Part shown: piece after piece, positions 40,821 to 49,597 of the stretch
Layout of the letters: every line of letters starts with the position of its first letter
Position numbering within the stretch: position 1 is the stretch's first letter
DNA from: Methanobacteriota archaeon
GTDB taxonomy: Archaea; Thermoplasmatota; Poseidoniia; Poseidoniales; Thalassarchaeaceae
Direction: 5' to 3'
Assembly: GCA_016845365.1 (NCBI GenBank)
Contig: JAERST010000001.1
Location: 79,666 to 143,665 of the forward strand
DNA: 64,000 nucleotides
The notes under the pieces: generated by a model
Database searches by the model: none
Seen by the model: only the letters and a program-made list of their open reading frames with translations
What the model was told of the DNA's origin: nothing
Translations under genes and position numbers: made by a program

Positions 40821-41828
40821 TCAATGGTTATGTTCGTCCGAGCCGACCGAATCGTCATCTTCGCTTTCAGAGCCGTCGCCTGAGGAATCTTCGCCAGAGT
40901 CACCGTGCCCATCGTGTCCACCCGAGTCATCGGAGCCGCCGTCGGAGCCGTTGTCAGAGCCATCGTCTGAGGAATCTTCGCCAGAGTCTCCGTGCCCATC
41001 GTGGCCAGCGTGCCCTCCATCCTCGGGCCCGTGCATCGCATCCATCCAGCACTGCTCAGCCTCGTCGTGGATGGGGCCGTCCTCGCTCAGGCATGGATGG
41101 TGGTTGGCGAATACGTCGTATTGCTGTAGCCAAGGTTCGAGAATCCACGCATGCACCATCCAGAAATCGCCGAGAATCACATTCGTGCCTTGACGTTGGT
41201 CGCAGGTTTCGTCGTCGATATCCTCACCCATCGTTAGGAAAGAGGCGTTGTTGAAGCAGAGGCTCTCGTGTCGGTGCCACCAGTCGTTATCGCCCGCGAA
41301 GCCGTAGGGGGGGTTTTGGGGGTCTGACTTGACGTACCAGGCGAAGCCCACGAGTTCGGAGTCAGGGTCGGTGCCTGCATACATCAGGAATTCCGGTTTG
41401 TCGTACTCAAAAACGCGGTCCATTCTGGTTCCCGGGAACTCTGGGTCCTCCCGGTCAAAGTCTTGGTTTCCGTCCATCCAGAAGTCATTGAGGCGCACAT
41501 GGTGGGTTCCCATTCCTTCGACGTAATCCACCGCCATGTGCCAGCCGTCTGCTTCGGCGGCGCTGATGTTGGGCCACTGCATGGCCCATTCGAGTGCCGC
41601 CGCGAATTGCAAAGTTACGATTGAGCAGTCGGTCTGCGAGAATTCGCCTTTCGTCGAATTCTCGTAGACCGGGTCGATGTGGTGCCCTCCGGTGCCGCTC
41701 GAGTTGCAGAACCACGGTGGAGTGAATTCGGGTTCTGGTTCTTCTTCGTCTTCGCTATCGGGGGCGAGGCAGCCGGCCGTTGGAGCGAGCAGCATTAGGC
41801 CGGCTAGAAGCAGAACCAGGCTTTTCAT
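40821..41828 (-). CDS. secreted lipobox protein with a His/Asp/Ser/Gly-rich repetitive C-terminal tail
   Basis: Signal peptide ...APTAGC. The tail carries GHDGHGDSGEDSS.DGS twice, encoded by near-identical DNA segments about 87 nt apart. Confidence 0.55.
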   Translation of the reverse strand: MKSLVLLLAGLMLLAPTAGCLAPDSEDEEEPEPEFTPPWFCNSSGTGGHHIDPVYENSTKGEFSQTDCSIVTLQFAAALEWAMQWPNISAAEADGWHMAVDYVEGMGTHHVRLNDFWMDGNQDFDREDPEFPGTRMDRVFEYDKPEFLMYAGTDPDSELVGFAWYVKSDPQNPPYGFAGDNDWWHRHESLCFNNASFLTMGEDIDDETCDQRQGTNVILGDFWMVHAWILEPWLQQYDVFANHHPCLSEDGPIHDEAEQCWMDAMHGPEDGGHAGHDGHGDSGEDSSDDGSDNGSDGGSDDSGGHDGHGDSGEDSSGDGSESEDDDSVGSDEHNH

Positions 41829-41929
41829 CGATAAAGCGAGCCGTGTGTTTCGATAATAACGCGATTGGCTCGTCGCATTTGTCAGGATTGATTGGAATCG
41901 GCGGAAATCAGTTGTCAGCCAAAGAATTT

Positions 41930-42313
41930 TCAGTCGTCATTATCCGAGTGAAGAACACATTTATTCCCTTCACTATCCAAGATTATTCCACGAAAACCAT
42001 GCTCGTCGATTTGGTGCACCGGCTCGACGATGAGGCCACCTAAATCTTCGACTAAGCCCATCGCTTCGGCGAGCCGACCATTGCAATTGTGATAGACGAG
42101 CGGTCCCTTTTGTGTAATCAAATCGGCATGAGGAATCAGAGTTCCACCGTTGCCATCGTGATGGTCGAGCACGGTGAAAGAGAAATTTTCCATCTCAATT
42201 ACATGGCATTCGATACCGAGCACGCCACCGTAGAAACGGTTCGCGCGCTCGAGGTCAACAACAGGAATATCGACCCCAACAATCCTATTCTTCTCGGAGT
42301 TGAAGCCAGTCAT
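41930..42313 (-). CDS. VOC/glyoxalase-family protein, copy 2
   Basis: See copy 1. The DNA duplication spans 41930-42356. Confidence 0.8.
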   Translation of the reverse strand: MTGFNSEKNRIVGVDIPVVDLERANRFYGGVLGIECHVIEMENFSFTVLDHHDGNGGTLIPHADLITQKGPLVYHNCNGRLAEAMGLVEDLGGLIVEPVHQIDEHGFRGIILDSEGNKCVLHSDNDD

Positions 42314-42469
42314 GCGTCCGCCTCAACTCCGTCTTTCAAAGAAGTGCCGACGCACCATCCACCACCATCCAGCATCATCCTGCAACCCCACTCAACCCCA
42401 TTCATCTGCCCCTTCTTCGCGGCCATCCGGTGCGTCGCATTCATGGAGTGAATCTCCTCCTCACGCTTC

Positions 42470-43816
42470 ATGGGAGACTGGCCCAGCCCGGGGACGCCGG
42501 TGAAGGTGGTCGTCAAGACGTGGTCGGGGAAGGTCGAGCACGAGGGTTTGGCTCTGCCGCCGGCGGGTCCGAATTTGGTGACGCTGAAGTTGGCAAATGG
42601 CTACAATGTGAGCTATCCAGAGGCTTACGTCGAATCGGTCGAGGTCCTCGATGAGGTGGAAATGGCCGAGGAAGAGGCCCCCACCCCAATCGAACAGGAC
42701 GACTCTCTCCCCCTCGTTCACCTAATCCACACAGGCGGGACCATCGCTAGCAAGGTGGACTATGCAACGGGTGCGGTTGTCGCGAGGTTCGAGCCGCATG
42801 AGCTGCTGGAATCGGTGCCGGAATTGCGCTCGGTGGCTCGTCTTCGGGTTGTCAAGTTGGGCAATATGTGGTCTGATGATATTCGGCCTCGGCATTGGAA
42901 TCGGATGCTTCGGGCGACTGAGGAAGCATTTGCCGAGGGCGCTGTTGGTGTTGTGATTACTCATGGTACGGATACGCTTCATCTGAGTGCGGCGGCCATG
43001 GCCTATGGTTGGGCTGGAAATGGTGGCCGTCCGCCGGGGCGGATTGTGGTTACTGGGTCGCAACGCTCGCCGGACCGCGGTTCGAGCGATGCTGCTGAGA
43101 ATTTGGTTGCGGCAGTTCATTGGGCCGCGCACGGTCCTGAGCCGAGCGGTTATCGGGATTCGAGCGTGGTGATTTTGCATGCTGATTCTTCGGATGGGCG
43201 CTGTGCTGTCTTGCCCGGTGTTGCTTGCCGCAAGTACCACTCTTCGAGGCGTGATGCCTTCAAGCCGATCAATCAGGGTCCGCTGGCTTGGGTGCTGAAT
43301 GATGGTAGTGGGCCGAGCATCGAGATGGCCGAACACGAGCCTGCCGATGCTCGGGTCGAGGCGATTGCGCCGATGCTGTTTGATGAGGATGTGCGAATCG
43401 CCCAATTCATCGCTGATTCTCACTTGCAACCTGAATTAGTCAAGGCTGGAATCGAGGGTGATTTCGATGCACTGCTCTTCCATGGGACGGGGCTCGGGCA
43501 TCTGCCGATAGCCGACCCGCAGGAGGATTCGCAGGAGAATACGATTCTGCGTTTGATGCTGGAGGATTACTGCGCCAATGATGGTGTGGTGGTTGTGGTG
43601 GCGCAGACGATTCACGGCCCGATGAACATGAATGTGTACGCGAAGGGCCGTGAACAACAAGCGATGGGAATCATCGGTCATGGCTCGCTTTGCCCGCCGA
43701 GTTCGGCTTTGGTTAAGCTGCACCATTTGTTGAGCCGAGGCGGTGGGCGCGAGACGGTCGCCGCAGGTTGGCTCGACGACCTCTGCGGCGAGAATCCAAA
43801 CGATTCGATGGAGTGA
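42470..43816 (+). CDS. gatD: Glu-tRNA(Gln) amidotransferase subunit D
   Basis: N-terminal AANH-like extension plus an asparaginase fold (IHTGGTIASKVDYATGAV, VITHGTDT). Confidence 0.85.
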   Translation: MGDWPSPGTPVKVVVKTWSGKVEHEGLALPPAGPNLVTLKLANGYNVSYPEAYVESVEVLDEVEMAEEEAPTPIEQDDSLPLVHLIHTGGTIASKVDYATGAVVARFEPHELLESVPELRSVARLRVVKLGNMWSDDIRPRHWNRMLRATEEAFAEGAVGVVITHGTDTLHLSAAAMAYGWAGNGGRPPGRIVVTGSQRSPDRGSSDAAENLVAAVHWAAHGPEPSGYRDSSVVILHADSSDGRCAVLPGVACRKYHSSRRDAFKPINQGPLAWVLNDGSGPSIEMAEHEPADARVEAIAPMLFDEDVRIAQFIADSHLQPELVKAGIEGDFDALLFHGTGLGHLPIADPQEDSQENTILRLMLEDYCANDGVVVVVAQTIHGPMNMNVYAKGREQQAMGIIGHGSLCPPSSALVKLHHLLSRGGGRETVAAGWLDDLCGENPNDSME

Positions 43817-43869
43817 ATCGGAGGCTTGGGATGACCGAGCCTGAGCGGACTTTGGTCGGGTGTTGAGAG

Positions 43870-44958
43870 ATGGCTGGACCGAGTGATTCCTTCCGTTTTC
43901 CGCGCACGGGCCACGAGGTGCCGAATCGTGCGGTCGTGGCGGCGATGACCAACAAACAAAGCCACGAGGATGGGAGGCTTTCAGATGCTGAGATCGAGTG
44001 GCTGCGCCGTCGTGCCGAGGGTGGCTTTGGTATCGTCACAACTGCGGCTTCGCACGTTGTTCGCGAGGGTCAAGGATGGGAGGGCGAAATGGGCGTCTGG
44101 GGCGACCATCAATTGCCCGGGCTCGAGCGGATGGCTGCTGGAATACAGGCTCACGGTGCTCTCGCTTTGGCGCAGATTTTCCACGGCGGGATGCGCTGTC
44201 CTCAGCGCTTGACTGGGGTTCAGCCGGTTTCTGCCAGCGTCAATGAGACGAGCGATTCGGATTCGGGGGCGACTCGCGCGTTGGAGGGTTCGGAGGTTGA
44301 AGCGCTCGTCGAGGCCTTCGCGGACGCGGCTGTGCGATGCGAGAAGGCCGGCTTCGATGGAGTCGAAATTCACGGTGCCCACGGATATCTCATCTGCCAA
44401 TTCCTCGGCACCGGAACGAACCGGCGTAGCGACGGCTGGGGCGGTTCGTTGGAGAATCGCGCGCGCTTCCTGCTGGAGATTATATCGCGCGTGCGAGAAA
44501 AGACGGGCGAGAATTTCCTCGTCGGAGTTCGCATCTCGCCCGAGTACAGAAAAATCGGCGTAACTCTGGAGGATTCGCTCGACCTCGTCGACCTCATCGT
44601 CGATGCAGGAGTCGACTACTTGCACATCTCCTGCTGGGATTGCTTCGCTCCGCCAGCCCACGCCGATGATTCGCGAATGTTGACCGAGATTTTCGCTGAG
44701 CGACTGGCTTCTCGGCTTCCCTTGATTTCATCGGGCGCCATCTGGTCGACGGCGCAGGCCCAAGAGGTGATGGAACAGGGTGCGGACTTGCTGGCGGTGG
44801 CGCGCTCAGCAATCGGTCATGCGGATTGGGCGAGCCATTTGGGTGAGGCCGACTACGAACCAACTCGACCGCCCTTTACTGCTGAACATCTCGAATCCCA
44901 AGGGCTCAGTCCGGTCTTCGTAGAGTACATGCGCGCCTGGCGGGGCTTCGTCGAGTGA
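43870..44958 (+). CDS. Old Yellow Enzyme-family NADH:flavin oxidoreductase
   Basis: NRAVVAAMT..., GFDGVEIHGAHGYLICQFL, RxSP. Confidence 0.8.
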   Translation: MAGPSDSFRFPRTGHEVPNRAVVAAMTNKQSHEDGRLSDAEIEWLRRRAEGGFGIVTTAASHVVREGQGWEGEMGVWGDHQLPGLERMAAGIQAHGALALAQIFHGGMRCPQRLTGVQPVSASVNETSDSDSGATRALEGSEVEALVEAFADAAVRCEKAGFDGVEIHGAHGYLICQFLGTGTNRRSDGWGGSLENRARFLLEIISRVREKTGENFLVGVRISPEYRKIGVTLEDSLDLVDLIVDAGVDYLHISCWDCFAPPAHADDSRMLTEIFAERLASRLPLISSGAIWSTAQAQEVMEQGADLLAVARSAIGHADWASHLGEADYEPTRPPFTAEHLESQGLSPVFVEYMRAWRGFVE

Positions 44959-45047
44959 ACGCAGGTTCGTCGAGTGAACCTCACAGACAGCCAAACACCT
45001 CCAATGCCGGGGTCATCTTTATGGTCGCGAACTAGGTTTTCGAGTCA

Positions 45048-45473
45048 ATGGAAGTACACGGTGGCCCCGAATACGTAGGAAGACCTGCACAGATGATTGG
45101 ATTCCCTGATGCGGTAAAGAAAGCAGTTTTGGAGAATTATGTCAATTTCAGTGGCAGGGCATCGCGCTCCGAATACTGGTGGTTCCAACTGGCAGTATTC
45201 ATCTTGGGAATCATCACTGCAGTTCTCGACGGCATAATTTTCGGCTTCGAATTTGATGATCCAACCGTTCTCTCATGGATTGCTCAAATTGGTTTGTTTT
45301 TGCCCTCGCTCGCTCTTGTTGTTCGGAGACTGCATGACTTAGGCCGAAGTGGCTGGTGGTTCTTGATTGCCTTTGTTCCCTGTATTGGAATCATCGTCTT
45401 GTTCGTCTTCTTGGTCCAGGACGGACAACCTCACCACAATGAATACGGCGAAGTTCCCACGAACACTCTGTGA
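45048..45473 (+). CDS. DUF805-family inner-membrane protein
   Basis: FSGRASRSEYWWFQL...RRLHDLGRSGWW. Confidence 0.75.
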   Translation: MEVHGGPEYVGRPAQMIGFPDAVKKAVLENYVNFSGRASRSEYWWFQLAVFILGIITAVLDGIIFGFEFDDPTVLSWIAQIGLFLPSLALVVRRLHDLGRSGWWFLIAFVPCIGIIVLFVFLVQDGQPHHNEYGEVPTNTL

Positions 45474-45522
45474 GTCCCAGCCCCCGCTTCTATGAATAAC
45501 CGCGAGCGGCTTCGAGTATGTC

Positions 45523-47073
45523 ATGGCGGGCGCATCGCACTCCGATGACTTGGACGCGATGCGCCGCGACGCGGTGAATGCTGCCGACCGGATTAGCATG
45601 GAAGAACTGCGTAAATCCGGTCGCCAAACCGCCCGAGAACGCATCTCAATGCTCCTCGATGCTGACTCATTCGTCGAAGTCGACGCCTTCGTCCAGCATC
45701 GCTCGGGTGACTTCAACATGCATCTCCACCGACCATTAGGCGACGGCGTCGTAGCCGGCCACGGCAAGATCGACGGTCGCCGCGTAGTCTGCTTCGCGCA
45801 GGATTACGCCGTCTTCGACGGCACAATGGGAGAGATGCACGCGCGAAAAATCGCCAAAGTCGCCGAGTTCGCCGAGAAAGCCCAACTCCCACTAATCGGC
45901 ATCTGGGACGGCGATGGCCAACGCGTCCAAGACGGCGTCCCAGCACTCGGCGCCACAGGCGAACTCCTCGACATCCTCGTCGCCTGCTCCGGCCGCATCC
46001 CGACATTCTCCATCATCCTCGGAACAGTCGCAGGTGTCAGTGCGCTCGCGGCCGGCCTCTCTGACTTCGTCATCCTCTCCGACGACCACGGCCAGATGTT
46101 CATGCGCTCGCCGCATTTCATCCCCGAAATCGCCAGCGGCGAATTAGACCAACAAAGCCTCGGCGGAGCCGACGCCCACGCCTCGCGCTCGGGCGTCGCC
46201 TGCATGGTAGCAGAAGACGAAGAGGATGCGATTCTAACCGCCTGCGAAATCCTCGCATATCTGCCGGACCACACGCTCGCCGAAGCGAATCTCCTACCGA
46301 GCCCTGACCCGGCAAACCGAGTCTGCGACAACCTCATCGACATCGTTCCAGCAGACTCGAACCGACCATACGACATCAGAAAAGTCGTCGAAGAAATAGT
46401 CGATGAAGGGCGATTCCTCGAACTCTTCGCAACCTACGCTGAGAACATAATAATTGGATTCGCCCGACTCGACGGCCAATCGGTTGGAATCGTCGCGAAT
46501 CAACCGAAAGTGCTCGCGGGCTGCCTCGACATCGACGCCTCAATCAAGGCAGCCCGATTCATCCGAACCTGTGATATTTTCAACATACCAGTTGTGACCT
46601 TTGTCGACGTGCCCGGTTTCTTGCCAGGGACCGTTCAGGAGTGGGGAGGCATCATTCGGCATGGGGCAAAACTGCTGTACGCGTACGCTGAGGCAACGGT
46701 TCCGAAGCTAACGGTGGTAACGCGCAAGGCATACGGTGGGGCCTACCTCGCAATGTCCTGCAAACACCTCCGCTCCGACTACAACATCGCCTGGCCGACA
46801 GGGGAATTGGCAGTCATGGGGGCTGAAGGTGCTGTGAATATCATTCATCGACGCGAATTGGCCGAGGCCGCTGACCCGGCCTCGACTCACGTTGAATTGG
46901 TGGATGAATATCGCCGCAAGTTTGGTGATCCATACGTCGCTGCTCGCAACGGCTGGCTGGATGATGTCATCGAGCCGGGCGAGACGCGACGCAAATTGAT
47001 TCAGGCGCTTCGCCCGCTACGCAGCAAGCGCGAATGGGTGCCGCCGAAGAAGCACGGTAACATTCCACTTTGA
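45523..47073 (+). CDS. pccB: acyl-CoA (propionyl-CoA) carboxylase carboxyltransferase beta subunit
   Basis: 516 aa with the carboxyltransferase N and C halves (GRLTARERISxLLD-like RQTARERISMLLD; GGAYLAMSCKHL...). Confidence 0.9.
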   Translation: MAGASHSDDLDAMRRDAVNAADRISMEELRKSGRQTARERISMLLDADSFVEVDAFVQHRSGDFNMHLHRPLGDGVVAGHGKIDGRRVVCFAQDYAVFDGTMGEMHARKIAKVAEFAEKAQLPLIGIWDGDGQRVQDGVPALGATGELLDILVACSGRIPTFSIILGTVAGVSALAAGLSDFVILSDDHGQMFMRSPHFIPEIASGELDQQSLGGADAHASRSGVACMVAEDEEDAILTACEILAYLPDHTLAEANLLPSPDPANRVCDNLIDIVPADSNRPYDIRKVVEEIVDEGRFLELFATYAENIIIGFARLDGQSVGIVANQPKVLAGCLDIDASIKAARFIRTCDIFNIPVVTFVDVPGFLPGTVQEWGGIIRHGAKLLYAYAEATVPKLTVVTRKAYGGAYLAMSCKHLRSDYNIAWPTGELAVMGAEGAVNIIHRRELAEAADPASTHVELVDEYRRKFGDPYVAARNGWLDDVIEPGETRRKLIQALRPLRSKREWVPPKKHGNIPL

Positions 47074-47805
47074 TCATAATTCTGAGAGGATTTGACCCAG
47101 ACTTGGGAGTTCGTCAGCGATGCTTGGGGCGTAGAGTCGCTTCCAAGCCTCGAGATGCTGAGCCGCGACCATGATTACTGCGAAGTCTTCACTGGTCGCG
47201 TCCTCTCCGTAGGAAATCGAGACCTGCCGCTTTGCCGGCAGGTCGACTGAATCGCCGCCGCCAGCGGCGGCGTCTAAATCGATGGCGAGGTCGGCTTCGA
47301 GACCTTCGCCATCGGCAATAATCGCTTCATCCCAAGGGCCGCTGAGCAATGCTCGCCGGCCTTCAACAGGGATGATTCGGCCGCCCTCAGCGGCCCACGC
47401 GGCGGCAATCGCTCGCGCTGCAGAACCTCCGCCGCGCATCCGCAATATACTGCCATTCGGCTCAACACCGATGTGGCGACAAGCAGCAACAAAGCCAACC
47501 CCATCGGTGCTCGTCCCAGACCAAACACCATCAATCCGCTTCAACTGATTAACCGCATTCACGCCCTCTGGCCCAGAAACCCCGAGCCGCGCTTGAGGAG
47601 AGTGTTTCAGCGGCGCGGTACAACTCAGCCAGAGGTCGCCGTCGAGCCGCTCGATATTCCCCTCAAACTCAGCCATCGAGCCCGCCTCGACGAAAACACA
47701 CTGAGCATCAAGCCCAACTTCCCCGCCCACGAGTGTGAACAGACGAGGGGTCAACGAGTGTGCGATGGGGTAGCCAGCGATTCCCCAGTAAGCCGGAGCA
47801 GACAC
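47074..47805 (-). CDS. aroE: shikimate 5-dehydrogenase (GTG start)
   Basis: YWGIAGYPIAHSLTPRLF (G.IG.PI.HS.SP motif). The ORF was trimmed to the in-frame GTG at 47805 because the upstream part overlaps fhs. Confidence 0.65.
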   Translation of the reverse strand: MSAPAYWGIAGYPIAHSLTPRLFTLVGGEVGLDAQCVFVEAGSMAEFEGNIERLDGDLWLSCTAPLKHSPQARLGVSGPEGVNAVNQLKRIDGVWSGTSTDGVGFVAACRHIGVEPNGSILRMRGGGSAARAIAAAWAAEGGRIIPVEGRRALLSGPWDEAIIADGEGLEADLAIDLDAAAGGGDSVDLPAKRQVSISYGEDATSEDFAVIMVAAQHLEAWKRLYAPSIADELPSLGQILSEL

Positions 47806-47868
47806 TATGCGGCGCTCCGAATTCTCCGCAATGAAGGTTTCAAGTCGGTTGGGACGGCGCCAAAGACG

Positions 47869-49584
47869 ATGGACAGCGACCTCGATATCGCTCGACGAGC
47901 CACGATTCGCCCTATTGAAGAGGTGGCGGACACGCTCGGACTTGCTCGCAGTGACTTGATTTTGCAAGGGCCTGCAATCGCGAAAGTTTCGTGGGATCGA
48001 TTGAAGGAAGCTGGAAATGAAGAGCAAGGTTTCCTGATTTTGGTTACAAGCGTCAACCCGACACCATTCGGCGAAGGAAAGACGGTGACGACAATCGGAT
48101 TGAATCAGGGTTTGAATCGACGCGGGCACAATGCGACCTGTGTGATTCGTGAGCCGTCGATGGGGCCGGTTTTCGGAATCAAGGGGGGTGCTGCGGGGGG
48201 AGGCTTCTCGCAGGTGCTGCCGATGGAGGAAATCAACCTCCACTTCACCGGTGACCTACACGCTGTTACGATGGCGCACAACCTTTGCTCGGCCATGCTC
48301 GATAATCACCTCCACAGGGGTAACACGCTAGATTTGGATTTGAATCGGATTTTGTGGCCGCGGGTGATTGACATGAACGATCGGAGCCTTCGCGAGGTGA
48401 CGATTGGACTTGGCGGGAAGGCGAACGGAATTGTTCGGACTGATCGCTTCGATATTACCGCGGCCAGCGAGGTCATGGCGATTCTCGTTTTGTCGAAGGA
48501 TTACGCCGATTTGCGGGCGAGGCTGGGCCGGATTGCGATTGGGGTTTCACGTTCTGGTGGACTTGTGACCGCCGATGACCTCGGCTGTGCTGGTGCCATG
48601 GCTTTGCTTCTGCGCAATGCTTTGTTGCCTAATTTGGTTCAGACTCTGGAGGGTGACCCTGCCTTCATTCATGGTGGGCCATTTGCTAATATCGCGCACG
48701 GGAATTCTTCAATTATTGCTGATTCGCTTGCGCTTTCGTGCGCGGATTATGTGGTTACTGAGGCTGGATTCGGTGCCGATATGGGTGCTGAGAAGGCTTT
48801 GCAGATTAAGGCTGAAGCGGCTGGAAAGGTGCCTGATTGTGTGGTCATCAATGTCACCGTTCGTTCGATGAAATTGCATGGTGATGGCTTCTCGACCGGT
48901 GGTGGAAAGCGGCCGCCGGTTGAGGAATTGGAGGCTGAGAATGTCGATGCTACTCGTGCCGGTGCTGCTAGCAATTTGAGGCGGCACGTTCGCAATTTGT
49001 CTGATACTGGGATTCCGGTTATCGTCTCGATTAATCGCTTTGCTAGTGATACCGATGCTGAGATTGCGGCGATTCGCGAGGAGGCTGTTGCCGCTGGAGC
49101 TCGCGATGTGGTTCTGTTCGAAGGTCACGCCAAAGGCGGGACGGGTGCTGGTGAGCTGGCCGATGCGGTTGTTGCTGCATGTGCTGCGCATGATGGGGCG
49201 GGCCGTCCTTACTCGCCGATTGTCGAGCCGGGACTGCCCGCCGACCAGACGATTTTGCGTGTAGCGACCAATGTTTACGGGGCACACACGGTTGACTTCT
49301 CACCGCAGGCTCACAAGACTCTGGAGTCGTTGCGCGAGTGGGGGCTTGACACGCTTCCGGTTTGCATGGCCAAGACTCAATATTCGTTTAGCCACGAGCC
49401 CACCGCGCTCGGTTCTCCTACTGGATTTACAATGCCGATTCGTGAATTGCGGCTCAATTCTGGGGCTGGGTTCATCGTTGCGATTTGTGGTTCGATGATG
49501 ACTATGCCTGGTTTGCCGATTCGGCCAGCCGCCATGGATATGGATATGGACGAGGATGGCCGCCTGACCGGCGTCTTTAGTTGA
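47869..49584 (+). CDS. fhs: formate-tetrahydrofolate ligase
   Basis: Start at MDSDLDIARRATIRPIEEVA. Motifs TSVNPTPFGEGKTVTTIGL and EAGFGADMGAEK. Confidence 0.9.
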   Translation: MDSDLDIARRATIRPIEEVADTLGLARSDLILQGPAIAKVSWDRLKEAGNEEQGFLILVTSVNPTPFGEGKTVTTIGLNQGLNRRGHNATCVIREPSMGPVFGIKGGAAGGGFSQVLPMEEINLHFTGDLHAVTMAHNLCSAMLDNHLHRGNTLDLDLNRILWPRVIDMNDRSLREVTIGLGGKANGIVRTDRFDITAASEVMAILVLSKDYADLRARLGRIAIGVSRSGGLVTADDLGCAGAMALLLRNALLPNLVQTLEGDPAFIHGGPFANIAHGNSSIIADSLALSCADYVVTEAGFGADMGAEKALQIKAEAAGKVPDCVVINVTVRSMKLHGDGFSTGGGKRPPVEELEAENVDATRAGAASNLRRHVRNLSDTGIPVIVSINRFASDTDAEIAAIREEAVAAGARDVVLFEGHAKGGTGAGELADAVVAACAAHDGAGRPYSPIVEPGLPADQTILRVATNVYGAHTVDFSPQAHKTLESLREWGLDTLPVCMAKTQYSFSHEPTALGSPTGFTMPIRELRLNSGAGFIVAICGSMMTMPGLPIRPAAMDMDMDEDGRLTGVFS

Positions 49585-49597
49585 TGGAAGTGAGGAA

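Noticed and set aside
40664-41254. Plus-strand ORFs (196 aa, 157 aa) with repetitive Ser/Pro/Glu sequence
   Set aside because: They are antisense images of the repetitive His/Asp tail and body of the secreted protein at 40821..41828.
36261-42469. tRNA-adjacent integrative element (accessory genes downstream of the tRNA-CAU gene)
   Set aside because: No integrase or recombinase is present, and I could not find a direct repeat of the tRNA 3' end downstream. The only long repeat is the VOC duplication, which is unrelated to the tRNA.
42722-44661. Minus-strand ORFs 42722..43429 and 43981..44661
   Set aside because: They are antisense to gatD and the OYE oxidoreductase respectively. They are low-complexity and Arg-rich.
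47806-48243. N-terminal 146 codons of the 389-aa aroE ORF
   Set aside because: They overlap the conserved N-terminus of fhs on the other strand and have no AroE similarity. The gene was trimmed to the GTG at 47805.
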